A DNA stretch of 64,000 nucleotides from a virus (IMGVR_UViG_3300047550_004845:7906-71905); one strand, 5' to 3'. Counted from the stretch's first letter, positions 27,046 to 36,867 are shown. Notes: generated by a model from the sequence alone, not told the origin. Numbers and translations: made by a program.

Positions 27046-27966
27046 TTACTTTTTACTCGTTTTTAGTGGGATTGGCTGCAAAGCGGACGTGGCTGGATCG
27101 GAATTGGGTACAGTCCCTATCTCGTTTCTCCAGAGTCCAGAGTCTATCTTTAACTTAAACCAGTCAGGATAGGGATCGACAGCATTCTTATAGCATTTCC
27201 AGACCTTCTGGAGAGTCCCCGATGTCGTCTTGGAGTTGTCCACCACTCTCTGCCCATCAGACCCTATCGAGTAGGAGTCTCTGGGCACGAATCTGTATGT
27301 AGCCACTCCAGTGTACTCCGGACTGCACTCTATCTCCAGAAGATCGGAGATCTCCCGCTTGCATCTCGGGTCCTCGACTACGTACTCCTCCACCTGATCC
27401 ACCGAGGTGGTCCTTCTCCACACGGCCAGTCCGGTAAGTCTCTGGTTAGAATCGAGAAGGCACTTCCTTCTGGGTAAAAAGTCATCGACGGATATAGGAT
27501 CGAACGCGGCGCAGGGCTGCGAGTAGAACCTTCCATCCGAGAGATTTACCTGGATCGTGAACGTCATCTCGTATATGAACTGAGAAGCCTCGGTCACCTG
27601 AACAAACCTCCCCGGACCCGGTTCAAATCCTGTCTGGAACTCGAGTCCCGGAATCTCAGGTACCCAACCGGTTACGGAGTCGTAGATCATATCCATGATC
27701 GGCAGGGCGAAACTGTGCCCTTCCCTCTGGACCTGTTTCTGGATAATCGTGATAGAGTAACTAAGGGACCTGGTTCTTACTGTGGGGATGTAGGCTCCGG
27801 TGTTGGTGTTGGCGGAATTCTCGCTAGCGTAACTGACGATTATCATCGTCTGTTCTGCCACCCTTCCTGACTCATCCACCTCCTCAGCAAGGCGTAGGAC
27901 AACAGCGCTCTGCCCCAAGGTACCATGCACTCTTCTATGGAGCTGATTCTCTATCTCCAAGAGCAT
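27046..27966 (-). CDS. Mu gp37-like tail completion protein with C-terminal extension
   Basis: MLLEIENQL..RV...DSVTGWVP...FIYEMTF; position after the gp36-like gene. Confidence 0.55.
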   Translation of the reverse strand: MLLEIENQLHRRVHGTLGQSAVVLRLAEEVDESGRVAEQTMIIVSYASENSANTNTGAYIPTVRTRSLSYSITIIQKQVQREGHSFALPIMDMIYDSVTGWVPEIPGLEFQTGFEPGPGRFVQVTEASQFIYEMTFTIQVNLSDGRFYSQPCAAFDPISVDDFLPRRKCLLDSNQRLTGLAVWRRTTSVDQVEEYVVEDPRCKREISDLLEIECSPEYTGVATYRFVPRDSYSIGSDGQRVVDNSKTTSGTLQKVWKCYKNAVDPYPDWFKLKIDSGLWRNEIGTVPNSDPATSALQPIPLKTSKK

Positions 27967-27969
27967 AGG

Positions 27970-28308
27970 TCAGAACTCCCCGCCGCTGATAAAGTCTTGA
28001 AGTTCCCAAAAACCGGTTGTGTAGTTGTAAAGCAGAGCATCTCCAGGTTTTACATTTCTAGTAAAACGCACATTAGCAAGATCCTGAAGTTTACGATTGG
28101 CCTCCAGTTCGATCACGTACTGCCTGAGTGACGCAGCGTCCTGCTTATACTCTGAACCATCTGGGAACACACCAATCCTGCCTCCCATCGCTCCGTACTG
28201 TGAACCGTAGTAACATCCACCTCCAGAACCGTCCGCTATAAGGGAGAATCCGGCTCCGTCAGGAGCAGCGGGGTTGAAGGGATCGTATCCGTAGGGTTGA
28301 TTAGCCAT
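27970..28308 (-). CDS. Small virion-associated hypothetical protein
   Basis: LQDLANV...GDALLYN.TTGFW...ISGGEF, a fibre-like repeat unit. Confidence 0.65.
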   Translation of the reverse strand: MANQPYGYDPFNPAAPDGAGFSLIADGSGGGCYYGSQYGAMGGRIGVFPDGSEYKQDAASLRQYVIELEANRKLQDLANVRFTRNVKPGDALLYNYTTGFWELQDFISGGEF

Positions 28309-29099
28309 CAGAAGGTGTCTCCGGTCTGTAGTCCGTCGTAATTATCGAAGTTTCCATCGGCCGATGGAGTGGTATTTGTGGCCTCTAACGTATCACCATC
28401 GGAAGGATCCACCGCATCCGAGGTGTTTACGAATGTCGAAAGATCCCTAGTGGTCTCGAGCGAGTCGACCAACTGATTGATCTCAAGAGTGGACTGGGCC
28501 ATGGAGTCCTGGATACCAAGAGCGGTCTGACCCAGAGACTCGGAGTAGACCCTACCCGAGGAGACAGCCTCCTTTCTCGGGAACTGGAACCAGCGATTAT
28601 TCCCTCCTTCTCTCAGTACCCACCTGCTCGTAGAATTCTCCGTGAAACTACGTCCCCTTCTATACGAACTCTTCGTCATCGAGCAGGCGTCCCCCCAGTA
28701 ACGATAAGCCTCCTGCCACTTAAGTCCTGTGGACGGAGAAGCCTTGGAGGCCCACAACTCTAACTGCTGCAGGGCCTTCTCAGCCGCGTCTATGACCTGC
28801 TGTCTGGGTCTTAGGGTATCGAGGTACCACCTCGCCAGGATCGCCTGCGTGCGCCTGTACGATCCCGCGATAAGGATCTTGCCCTGAGGCGGAGCGGTTA
28901 AGATGTAGTTGTTTATCAGAGTCGCGGCGTCGTTGAGCGCTATCTGTATCTTGTCATAATTTATCCCGTTTCCAGTTGGGTTGTCAATGTTCGACAGCTC
29001 TACCGACTCCTGGTACCCAAATACCTCAACGAAGTAATCCACGGAGGCCGGGTTGCAGTTGTCCGCTAATCCGAACTTATCTGGATATGGCTGCGGCAT
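28308..29099 (-). CDS. Mu gp36-like (DUF1320) head-tail connector
   Basis: KIQIALNDAATLINNYI...ILARWYLD...AEKALQQLE. Confidence 0.8.
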   Translation of the reverse strand: MPQPYPDKFGLADNCNPASVDYFVEVFGYQESVELSNIDNPTGNGINYDKIQIALNDAATLINNYILTAPPQGKILIAGSYRRTQAILARWYLDTLRPRQQVIDAAEKALQQLELWASKASPSTGLKWQEAYRYWGDACSMTKSSYRRGRSFTENSTSRWVLREGGNNRWFQFPRKEAVSSGRVYSESLGQTALGIQDSMAQSTLEINQLVDSLETTRDLSTFVNTSDAVDPSDGDTLEATNTTPSADGNFDNYDGLQTGDTF

Positions 29100-29121
29100 A
29101 TTCCTAGAGTATCTAATACAA

Positions 29122-29129
29122 CTTTAAAC
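29122..29129 (-). promoter_or_regulatory. GTTTAAAG putative late promoter
   Basis: GTTTAAAGTTGTATTAGATA, 23 nt before ATG 29099 and just past the capsid terminator. Confidence 0.7.
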
Positions 29130-29146
29130 GACCAAGGCAACATTAC

Positions 29147-29171
29147 AAAAAAAAAGAGGCCCGAAGGCCTC
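29147..29171 (-). terminator. Rho-independent terminator after the major capsid gene
   Basis: Minus strand GAGGCC-TTCG-GGCCTC followed by T9. Confidence 0.95.
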
Positions 29172-29195
29172 GATCTTGAGAGTTATGAGTCTGAC

Positions 29196-30179
29196 TCAGG
29201 CGACTGGGTTCTTGAAGACGTAACCGGCGCCGCACTTGCCATTCTCGCCCATACCCACGAGCTCGAAGGAGCGCTCGACGAGGATATCACCGGTGAACAC
29301 CCTGCGCTCGATGTTGAAGCGCTCGGGAGTTGCGATAGGATAGCCACTCAAGGTGTAGGTGTAGGCGAAAGCAGGATTGCCATAGTTGGCGTCCAGAGCA
29401 GGCATGAAACCGTCAGTGGCTCCGGAGGGATGGTAGAAGAGAATAGCAATATTGTTATAGATATTCTCAAGGGCTCCGGTGGTCTGGTTGAGTTTCAGTC
29501 TACGTGCCACACGCAACTCGTCGATGCCGAAGATCTGAGCCAGAGTCTTCTCGTCTACGAGCACACCGCGTTGCATGAAGTCGCGGATACGCTTGTTACG
29601 CTTCAGGGCGTTGAAAGCGTCGGGCGAGATCACCATCTTGTTGGGATACACGCCGATTTGACTGCGGACTTGTTCCTTAGCCTTGTCCATCAGCACCTCC
29701 ACGTCAGCGGTCGGGCTGTTGAACTGGTCCGCACCACCGTTGTAGGTGGCGAGGTTGAGAACGTTGTTGGTCTCGTACTGGGTGTCATCGGTCACCTGAG
29801 CGGCGACTTGTACTTCCCAGGATTGCATCAGACGGTTGGCGGCGTCCTTAGCAGCGAACTGGCGCAGGTCGATCTGAGCGGCGCCATTCTTGGCCTCAGC
29901 GGCGACCTCCTCGGCGATCTCCCAGCTGATCGCTTCCTGGCGGAGAGCGAACGAGCGGGTTCCGAACTGGTTCTGGATCTTCTGGATGTTGGTTCCAGGA
30001 GCGCGGAGGAAGGACTGAGCGGCGAAAGCCTCCTTACCGAAGACGAGGGTACGTCCGGCTCTGGTATTCATAGATACCGAAGGAGCGAAGAAGGTAGCCA
30101 CGCCCTCGGCGTTCTTGTATCCCTGCGCGAGCTGCGTAAGAATAGGATCAATTATACGGACTTGATCAAGATTCATCAT
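29196..30179 (-). CDS. Major capsid protein
   Basis: 327 aa; RIIDPILTQLAQGYKN, FGKEAF, IGVYPNKMVIS, PAFAYTY; strong SD (AAGGAG), biased codons, terminator downstream. Confidence 0.9.
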   Translation of the reverse strand: MMNLDQVRIIDPILTQLAQGYKNAEGVATFFAPSVSMNTRAGRTLVFGKEAFAAQSFLRAPGTNIQKIQNQFGTRSFALRQEAISWEIAEEVAAEAKNGAAQIDLRQFAAKDAANRLMQSWEVQVAAQVTDDTQYETNNVLNLATYNGGADQFNSPTADVEVLMDKAKEQVRSQIGVYPNKMVISPDAFNALKRNKRIRDFMQRGVLVDEKTLAQIFGIDELRVARRLKLNQTTGALENIYNNIAILFYHPSGATDGFMPALDANYGNPAFAYTYTLSGYPIATPERFNIERRVFTGDILVERSFELVGMGENGKCGAGYVFKNPVA

Positions 30180-30207
30180 GATTGTTAATCTCCTTTAGTA
30201 CCTATTA

Positions 30208-30732
30208 TCAAGCCAGAGCCGCGCCAGCCTCGTTACCGAGTTTGACACGAACGTAAGCAGTCTCACCAGCGCCGGTAGTAGCGGCATCAAGAGCGCGACC
30301 GAGGACAATCTTGCCGGTTGCAGCAGCGCCTGTTACGGCCTGACCGGAGCTATTGGCGAAGATCGGGGAGTCCACAGTGATCGTCTGGGAAGCGGCTACC
30401 TGAACGATAACGATTCCGGTCGTCACGATGGAAGCCAGTCCTTGGTAGGGGAACACGGCGGGTTTGTACGGAGTGGTCGAGGGGTTAAGCTGACCTTCGT
30501 ACACGAGGGTGGAACCGTCATTTACCTGGTAGCCATTGCCATTGAGTTGACCTTGGCCGTAAATGCGGTACACATTCACACCAGCGGCGTAACCGTTGGC
30601 GGAGGGGTAAGCGCCATCACGCTTAATGAAACGATGAGCCTCGACACCGTTGGTGAGAGCGGTACTGTCGGTGACAGTTACAGTCTCAACATACTGGTGG
30701 TCAAAGGACATGTAACGTGGGTCTTTAGCCAT
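30208..30732 (-). CDS. Capsid cement/decoration protein (DUF2190-like)
   Basis: Lies between scaffold and capsid genes; GIVIVQVA...GQAV...LGRALDAA..AGE...VRVKL. Confidence 0.75.
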   Translation of the reverse strand: MAKDPRYMSFDHQYVETVTVTDSTALTNGVEAHRFIKRDGAYPSANGYAAGVNVYRIYGQGQLNGNGYQVNDGSTLVYEGQLNPSTTPYKPAVFPYQGLASIVTTGIVIVQVAASQTITVDSPIFANSSGQAVTGAAATGKIVLGRALDAATTGAGETAYVRVKLGNEAGAALA

Positions 30733-30745
30733 GTGTTAGATCTCC

Positions 30746-32158
30746 TTATTGATCGGATAGAATCGCCTTCAAGGCGAAGGTATACTCCACGCCTTTCTCC
30801 TCGGCATACTCAAGAGCTTGAGCGTGAAGATCGGCGGTCGAGGGGTCGTATACGTACCCATCGACGGATGGAGTGGGCTGCTTCCTGCCTTTAGGAGCGG
30901 AAGCGGGGGTCGCGAACTCTTCAAAACTGACCATGGATGGCAGATTACCTAGTACATTCTTGAAGAAATCGAATTGGGAAGCTTTGCCGGTCTCGGAGAA
31001 ATTCACCGAGTTCTTGTTGTTGAGAGTCTCCATAAATCTCATCAGGTCTGCCTTGGCAACGACCTGCTGGGTGAGTTTGCCATTCTCGTAAAGAGTCTCG
31101 CAAAAATCAGAGATTTCCTTCTCTCTCATCAGTTTTTTCTGCCTGGCGAGTTCCTCCTCCAGTTCGGCTACCCGGGCTTGAAGGTTCTTCTGCCCTTGAA
31201 CTCCCATAGCACGCTCGCTATGATCCAGAGTTCCTGTAGCCTCTTTGTCGGTCATACTCTCCTTTTTCTTCTCTTCCTCATCCTCCTCGTAGTCCTTGCA
31301 TCCTTCCCCATTATCAGAGACTTCCGTCTCTTCTTCGGAGTAAGTCTGTTCTCCCTTGGGTTCATCAGCTCCTTTCACTTCCTTGGAGGTGGGATGCTCG
31401 GCTTCAGAGGGTTTTTCGCCCTCTTTCACCGTCTCGCCCATGTCCTCGGTCTCCTTCTCCTCATCATCCTCTTCATCCTCACTTCCTTCTCTCTTCGCTT
31501 CGATCGCTTTCTTAAGTCCTTCAGGCATCTCACCATAGGACATTCCATCATCCTCCATCATGGAGGCAGCATCAGTCTTTAGAGCTAGAGCCTTGATTAG
31601 CTCGTCTATCTCGTACTCCGAGGCAAGTTGAGCGATTTTCTGATCATCGTCCTGCATGTCCCCAGACACGTCGTCTGTTTCCATCCCAGGACCCTCATCT
31701 CCACCATCATCGGTAGGCTCGGTGGCAGGCATTCCGCTATCGGCTCCGGATGGAACGTCTGGAGCGGAAGGGGTACCGGTATCGTCCGGACCGCCAGGAG
31801 CGGTGGTGTCATCCGGACCACCTGGACCATCGGGAGTGTCGGTACCATCGGCACCATCAGTACCATCGGGCGCACTCGGGTCGGTAGGCATGTCCGATCC
31901 CGAATCGTCTCCGGTCGGGGGCGCGTCGCTACCATCCTTAGTGTCATCCGCCATACTCATGGTTGGATCGGCATCCATCCCGTAGTCCATCTCGTAGTCA
32001 GCGGGAGCACCCGTCTCCGAGATCTTGTTACCGTTATCATCGTACACATTGGCCTTTGACGCACCGCCTCCGCCAATGTTGATATTAACGGTCATCCCAC
32101 CTTCGGAGTGCTCGACCACCGAAGTAGGAGTTTCCGTTTTGGTTTTTTTCCTAGCCAT
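30746..32158 (-). CDS. Nested in-frame scaffold protein (Mu gpZ-like), from Met179
   Basis: Internal GTTTAAAG (32182-32189) and AGGA precede the in-frame ATG of MARKKTKTET. Confidence 0.65.
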   Translation of the reverse strand: MARKKTKTETPTSVVEHSEGGMTVNINIGGGGASKANVYDDNGNKISETGAPADYEMDYGMDADPTMSMADDTKDGSDAPPTGDDSGSDMPTDPSAPDGTDGADGTDTPDGPGGPDDTTAPGGPDDTGTPSAPDVPSGADSGMPATEPTDDGGDEGPGMETDDVSGDMQDDDQKIAQLASEYEIDELIKALALKTDAASMMEDDGMSYGEMPEGLKKAIEAKREGSEDEEDDEEKETEDMGETVKEGEKPSEAEHPTSKEVKGADEPKGEQTYSEEETEVSDNGEGCKDYEEDEEEKKKESMTDKEATGTLDHSERAMGVQGQKNLQARVAELEEELARQKKLMREKEISDFCETLYENGKLTQQVVAKADLMRFMETLNNKNSVNFSETGKASQFDFFKNVLGNLPSMVSFEEFATPASAPKGRKQPTPSVDGYVYDPSTADLHAQALEYAEEKGVEYTFALKAILSDQ

Positions 32159-32692
32159 AGTTTGATTTTTTCCTAAGTGTTCTTTAAACGAAATAGAAGA
32201 CTCCTCTTCGGAGGGAGTAAATGTGATGGTCTCCGCTTCAGAGATCTCGGAGAAGGCGGTCAGTCCCTTAACGGCTGGAATAGACACCAACCCGAGGTGC
32301 CTGAGAGCTAAGTTCCCAGGAGTCGGGTTGGTCTCCGCGTCTGGTAAGTAGAAAGAACTACTTACTTTCTTAAACACTCCGTCCCGTATTAGGTTTTCGG
32401 CTTTGGGGGTAAGTTCGACCTTACCCCACAATTCGTTTCCCTTTCTCCAGATCTTACGTACCCACCCAAGGGCCGGGGTCCCATCATCCTGATCATGACC
32501 GATTATCAGCGGAGCCTCGTGCCTAGCAGGATCGTACGTATTGACCACCTGATCTAGGTCGTTCTCCGTGAACATCATCCTCTGACCCGTGGAGGAGATC
32601 TGAGGACCCGCCCTAAACATCTCGATAAATACAACCTTCTTGGGTTGCTGAGAGGATAGAGGTTCCTTGGAATTGAGTACGTGTTCCTTCAT
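30746..32692 (-). CDS. Mu gpI-like prohead protease fused to acidic scaffold
   Basis: EMFRAG, APLIIGH, PALGWV, FKKVSSSFY, LRHLGLVSIPAVKGL, then a long D/E/P/G-rich and coiled-coil region. Confidence 0.88.
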   Translation of the reverse strand: MKEHVLNSKEPLSSQQPKKVVFIEMFRAGPQISSTGQRMMFTENDLDQVVNTYDPARHEAPLIIGHDQDDGTPALGWVRKIWRKGNELWGKVELTPKAENLIRDGVFKKVSSSFYLPDAETNPTPGNLALRHLGLVSIPAVKGLTAFSEISEAETITFTPSEEESSISFKEHLGKNQTMARKKTKTETPTSVVEHSEGGMTVNINIGGGGASKANVYDDNGNKISETGAPADYEMDYGMDADPTMSMADDTKDGSDAPPTGDDSGSDMPTDPSAPDGTDGADGTDTPDGPGGPDDTTAPGGPDDTGTPSAPDVPSGADSGMPATEPTDDGGDEGPGMETDDVSGDMQDDDQKIAQLASEYEIDELIKALALKTDAASMMEDDGMSYGEMPEGLKKAIEAKREGSEDEEDDEEKETEDMGETVKEGEKPSEAEHPTSKEVKGADEPKGEQTYSEEETEVSDNGEGCKDYEEDEEEKKKESMTDKEATGTLDHSERAMGVQGQKNLQARVAELEEELARQKKLMREKEISDFCETLYENGKLTQQVVAKADLMRFMETLNNKNSVNFSETGKASQFDFFKNVLGNLPSMVSFEEFATPASAPKGRKQPTPSVDGYVYDPSTADLHAQALEYAEEKGVEYTFALKAILSDQ

Positions 32693-32695
32693 CTA

Positions 32696-35600
32696 TTAGA
32701 ATACCGATGTTGTATTGAGGAGATAGTTGAACCTCTCCTCGTTTCTGGAGAAGGAATCGCTCAGCTGAGCGACCTGTCCCGCCGGAGTCCTGACGATCGT
32801 CACGAGTAGACGCTCGAGCGAGGGACTCGTGGCCACATACACGTCGAGTCTCACTGATCCGTTCTCAAGATCCACGTTAGTATTATTGGCAGATGAGCAT
32901 ACCACGAGGTACGCTTGCTCCGGCCTAGAACCGAACAGGGCTCCTTGACGGAAGAACTGTCCGCACACCTGGGAGGCGATGGACTTAACCCTGGCGTACA
33001 CGGTACCCGCAGAATCGATCTGCTCGAAGAGAACATCGTCGAAACTCCGTCCCAGCACGTCTATGAGAACATTCAGGATCGCGCGAGTGTTAACAAACTT
33101 AAACAGTGGATTGCTGGACAGAGTCCTAGCACCCCAGGCCACGATTCCACGGTTGGGAAGAGAGCGAATCGGATTAAGTCCGAGCGCGTACGTAACCTCC
33201 TGTTGCTGAGCCGAGATGTCGAATCTGAGTCCGATAGCTCCGCGAAGTGGGTATCTCGCCCCAGCCGGTGGTTGCTGGAAGCCTTCGTTGATGTACCTGG
33301 AGCAGGCGATGCCAGCCACGTAGCTCGAAGGAGCGATGTAGCGATCATCCAGATTTTTCACGTACGGAGCGTAGTAGGCGGCGTGGCCGAACGGAACACC
33401 GACGGTGGATCTGATACCATCGAGTTCATCCTGGGCACCTGTTAGAGATGTCTCATCGGCTCCGCAGTCAATCAGGGCGATGTGTTGCGTTCCGACAATT
33501 CCCTCCGTGGGGCCGAGTTTGCCCTCAGCGGCATTAAGCAGTGCCTGGGTGATCTTCAGACGTTCCTGGCGAGCTTCCACTTTGCTCGCGAAATCGCCAC
33601 TACCAACCTCGTAGGAGAGAACCGAGTAGGCCTCCGGAGCGAAGAGGAATCCAGGGGCGAGAAGCTTCGAGTCCATCCCCTGCTCAATGGCGTAGATGAA
33701 GTCGTTGGTCTTCGCGGTCGCAGTGAGTTTGTAAGAGTCGTAACCGGGGTTCTGTGATACAGAAACCATCTTGATCACGTTACCGTCTGTAACCCCGAGT
33801 CTGTTACGTCCCGAATTTACAGGGGAGGAGACGCCGTTCTTAGAGGTGATCTTTACTCTGAGAACGTAGTCGTGGGAGTAGAAACCATTAGGAATCGACT
33901 TATCCAGAGAAGCGGAGGCTCCGGAAGCGATAGTTACGTCGCTGGGAGTCACAGTAGCTGAGGTCGCTGAGGCAACACTTACAACCGTAAATCTGACTCC
34001 ATTCACCGCGATGACATCACCGGCGGCCAGTTCAGTCTGGAATGACGTGTTGGTTCCAGTGACAGTCCCACTCGAGATACCCACGGTACCCGTCAAGGCG
34101 ATATCGGCGAGTTCAGGACGGATGTAAGGCGCTCCGGCCTCGGAGACCAGCGTGGAGACCTTGTGTCCGTTGTTCGGAACGTAGGTAGTTCCGGAGACAT
34201 TCGCCCCGGAGGCTACGGCCTCAACATCGTAGTAGACATCAAGTTCCTTCTCGGCGAGGATGCTATTGATCTCTGTGACAAGTCCAGTGGTCAGCTCGTC
34301 AGGAGTAGCGCCATTCACGATGATTGCACGGTCTTCACCGGCGACATTCACGTAGAACACCTGGACGGAATCAGGAAGGAATCCCGTGCGAGTAGTCACT
34401 CCGCCGGACACCGAGATGGTGCCGCTAGGGACAACGTCCACCCCACCACTCTGGATCTCGGAGAAGGTGGTTGTGCCAAGATCGTATCTCCAATACGAGG
34501 CGTCAGCGTCGGCCCACTTCAGGTGAGTAGCTGATCCGGACGTCAGATCCTTCGACACCGCGACGATCTTATCGTCGGGGATTACTCCCGCCGAGGAGTA
34601 GATGTTCTGGTCGATGAGGAAAGCCTTGAGGATGGCCGACTGTTCCGTCGTAGGATTGTACTCGATCTTCCGAACAGTCACCTCAGCACCCGGAGCACCG
34701 GAGAAGTCGATAGCGGATCCACCCGAAGACAGCGCAAGTTGGATTGCATTACCCGACTTACCAACCACGTAGTACACGGTGTTGAAACTCAGGTTCCCCA
34801 GAGTCCCGATGCTAGTACCCTCAAGAACGACCCTGTTACCATTCACCAGTCCATCCGAGGAGTTAAGCGTGATGGTGTCAGCCGTGGCGTTAAAATTACC
34901 CGTGGTGGCCGTGTAGGTAGTCGACTTTGCCTTCAGGAAGGCGCTTACCGAACTTCCGGAGACGTGGAGGATGGTCTCTCCTGTAGCGATCTCCCTGGAG
35001 ACGCAACGGAAGTTCATCTCCTTCACCGAGGTGTAGAACTTGACTACGGTCTGAGTATTCAGATTAAGGTAGGAAGTGTATCCGGACCCGTTGAACTGGT
35101 AGGCCCCAAACCTGTCTACCTTCGGTAGAGTTCTGGTATCTCTTGAGAAGATCCTGAACTTGCCAGCCGTAGCCTCTACGGCGTTCTGCTCTATGCGGTA
35201 GTAGTCGGTGAACCCGTCGCCATTGCTGGCCAGGTAGGAGTAGACGTCTCTAGCATTATCTACCTTATCAAGGGCGGTAGTACTGATGACTCTGATCTCA
35301 GTACCCTCGGCGTCATTCACTCCGATAGGGGTACCAAAATACCTGCCGTTGATCTTGAGCGCAAAAGCGTTATAACCAGCTCCAGCGGAGGAAGCACCGA
35401 TATCTATAACTGTCTCCGGAGTCGGAGTGGCTCTGGTAAAGTAGAGAATACCATTAACACCCACATTATCGAAGAAGGCTTTAACCGCGTCATAGGACGC
35501 CAAGGCACCCTTGTTCCCGACAGGAACGCTCCCTCCGACCTTCTCAACGTAATCGGCTACAGAACCGATCTGCGTTGGTTTATAAGGCTCCAGGAAGGAG

Positions 35601-35770
35601 TACGCGTTAAGAGCATCCTCTCCGTAGTAATCTTCGGTGGGGGTAGTGCCAAAGATATACCCTACCGCGTGAGTGGCGATGGGCTGTGGAAGAGAACCTG
35701 TTGTCGTCTGAGTGACAAAGACTCCCGGCCTATTCAATGTCGCAGCATTGATTCTGATTGGATTGGCCAT
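32696..35770 (-). CDS. Contractile tail sheath protein with large insertions
   Basis: NRPGVFV at the N-terminus; AAYYAPYV, APSSYVAG, QPPAGA, GLNPIR..PNRGIVAWGARTLS, FVNTR, AYLVVC...NNT at the C-terminus; GTTTAAGG at 35805-35812. Confidence 0.95.
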   Translation of the reverse strand: MANPIRINAATLNRPGVFVTQTTTGSLPQPIATHAVGYIFGTTPTEDYYGEDALNAYSFLEPYKPTQIGSVADYVEKVGGSVPVGNKGALASYDAVKAFFDNVGVNGILYFTRATPTPETVIDIGASSAGAGYNAFALKINGRYFGTPIGVNDAEGTEIRVISTTALDKVDNARDVYSYLASNGDGFTDYYRIEQNAVEATAGKFRIFSRDTRTLPKVDRFGAYQFNGSGYTSYLNLNTQTVVKFYTSVKEMNFRCVSREIATGETILHVSGSSVSAFLKAKSTTYTATTGNFNATADTITLNSSDGLVNGNRVVLEGTSIGTLGNLSFNTVYYVVGKSGNAIQLALSSGGSAIDFSGAPGAEVTVRKIEYNPTTEQSAILKAFLIDQNIYSSAGVIPDDKIVAVSKDLTSGSATHLKWADADASYWRYDLGTTTFSEIQSGGVDVVPSGTISVSGGVTTRTGFLPDSVQVFYVNVAGEDRAIIVNGATPDELTTGLVTEINSILAEKELDVYYDVEAVASGANVSGTTYVPNNGHKVSTLVSEAGAPYIRPELADIALTGTVGISSGTVTGTNTSFQTELAAGDVIAVNGVRFTVVSVASATSATVTPSDVTIASGASASLDKSIPNGFYSHDYVLRVKITSKNGVSSPVNSGRNRLGVTDGNVIKMVSVSQNPGYDSYKLTATAKTNDFIYAIEQGMDSKLLAPGFLFAPEAYSVLSYEVGSGDFASKVEARQERLKITQALLNAAEGKLGPTEGIVGTQHIALIDCGADETSLTGAQDELDGIRSTVGVPFGHAAYYAPYVKNLDDRYIAPSSYVAGIACSRYINEGFQQPPAGARYPLRGAIGLRFDISAQQQEVTYALGLNPIRSLPNRGIVAWGARTLSSNPLFKFVNTRAILNVLIDVLGRSFDDVLFEQIDSAGTVYARVKSIASQVCGQFFRQGALFGSRPEQAYLVVCSSANNTNVDLENGSVRLDVYVATSPSLERLLVTIVRTPAGQVAQLSDSFSRNEERFNYLLNTTSVF

Positions 35771-35833
35771 AAAGTTTTGAAGACACTATATCTTTCATTA
35801 GAAACCTTAAACAAACAAACGATTTTGACTTGT

Positions 35834-36076
35834 TTATACGGATACGCCAGTCTTATACAGCAGAAAGAGCTCACTCATCAGCCAATCAGGACACGAACTG
35901 TGACCGCAACGCTTATACTCCAAAAGCTTCATCGACTTACGCAGGATCTTATTGAAATCGTTTGTGTCTACGTATCTCGAGCATACCTTGACAAAAGATC
36001 TGAGCTCACTTTGATTCTGATCGATGCAGATCGAGCATAGTATGATTATAAGATTCAGTCTTTCGGAGTCAGTCAT
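35834..36076 (-). CDS. Hypothetical protein
   Basis: 80-aa ORF coupled within the tail operon. Confidence 0.65.
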   Translation of the reverse strand: MTDSERLNLIIILCSICIDQNQSELRSFVKVCSRYVDTNDFNKILRKSMKLLEYKRCGHSSCPDWLMSELFLLYKTGVSV

Positions 36077-36521
36077 TAGTATTCTGTACGGATTCCATTG
36101 CCTCCTTGTGGATCTGATCCATAGCCATGAATTTTGTCATCGGCACTCTCTCCATACTGAGTAGGTTCGCAAATGACCCATTCTGAATACCATAGCAAAT
36201 TTTCAACCAGGAGTATTTAGGCATGTAGTTGCAGAGAATATGCTCTTTTACGCAGTTAAAGAGCCTTATTATGGTTTTCTGTGTCAGAGTGCCAGATCTA
36301 AACCCATCCTGCCCTAGATAGTCGAGGATACTCTGAATGCCCTTGAGAGGCACGTAATATTTCCCTTCCTTCTCTCCTTGATCATTGCTATTAAGCACGG
36401 AGTCGAGGTACTCTAAGTCCTCACCGGTTATGTCTCTGAATCTTACATGCCTACCATTGCGATCCTTGACTGTTATAGTGTAGTCGTGGTTACGAATCAC
36501 CTCAAAGTCATGGTTCTGCAT
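36069..36521 (-). CDS. Putative tail assembly chaperone
   Basis: VRFRDITGEDL resembles chaperone motifs; adjacent to a gp41-like gene. Confidence 0.5.
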   Translation of the reverse strand: MQNHDFEVIRNHDYTITVKDRNGRHVRFRDITGEDLEYLDSVLNSNDQGEKEGKYYVPLKGIQSILDYLGQDGFRSGTLTQKTIIRLFNCVKEHILCNYMPKYSWLKICYGIQNGSFANLLSMERVPMTKFMAMDQIHKEAMESVQNTND

Positions 36522-36867
36522 CCTGGTCTATTCCCAGTAACTGGTTTATCGCCTCACCTAACTTCCTCAATTGCTTCGCCCTAAGCTTCTTAGCGTCCTT
36601 CAGGCAGAGCTTCCTCTGCCCATTAGAGGGCGAGTGGAGGATACAGATCGTCTGAAGAGTCGCCTCGACTTCGGAGATCTTCTTATCATCCGAGATTCTC
36701 CCGATCTCTATAAGATCATCGGCTGACGGTTCTTTGAGACACAAGAACTTACCGGGGGCGATCTCGACAGGGATGATCTCCGGATCCCCAAAATCAAAAG
36801 AGTCGTCGTCTGAGGTGATCAGGTTCGCCTCCTCAGCAGTCACTCTTGGCATCTTGCTTATCGCCAT
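36508..36867 (-). CDS. Mu gp41-like tail assembly chaperone
   Basis: LCLKEPSADDL...EVEATLQTIC...KKLRAKQLRKLGEAINQLL. Confidence 0.6.
   Translation of the reverse strand: MAISKMPRVTAEEANLITSDDDSFDFGDPEIIPVEIAPGKFLCLKEPSADDLIEIGRISDDKKISEVEATLQTICILHSPSNGQRKLCLKDAKKLRAKQLRKLGEAINQLLGIDQDAEP

Noticed and set aside
36069-36867. Programmed frameshift between the two tail chaperone-like genes
   Set aside because: No XXXYYYZ slippery site at the overlap, and the downstream gene has its own ATG.
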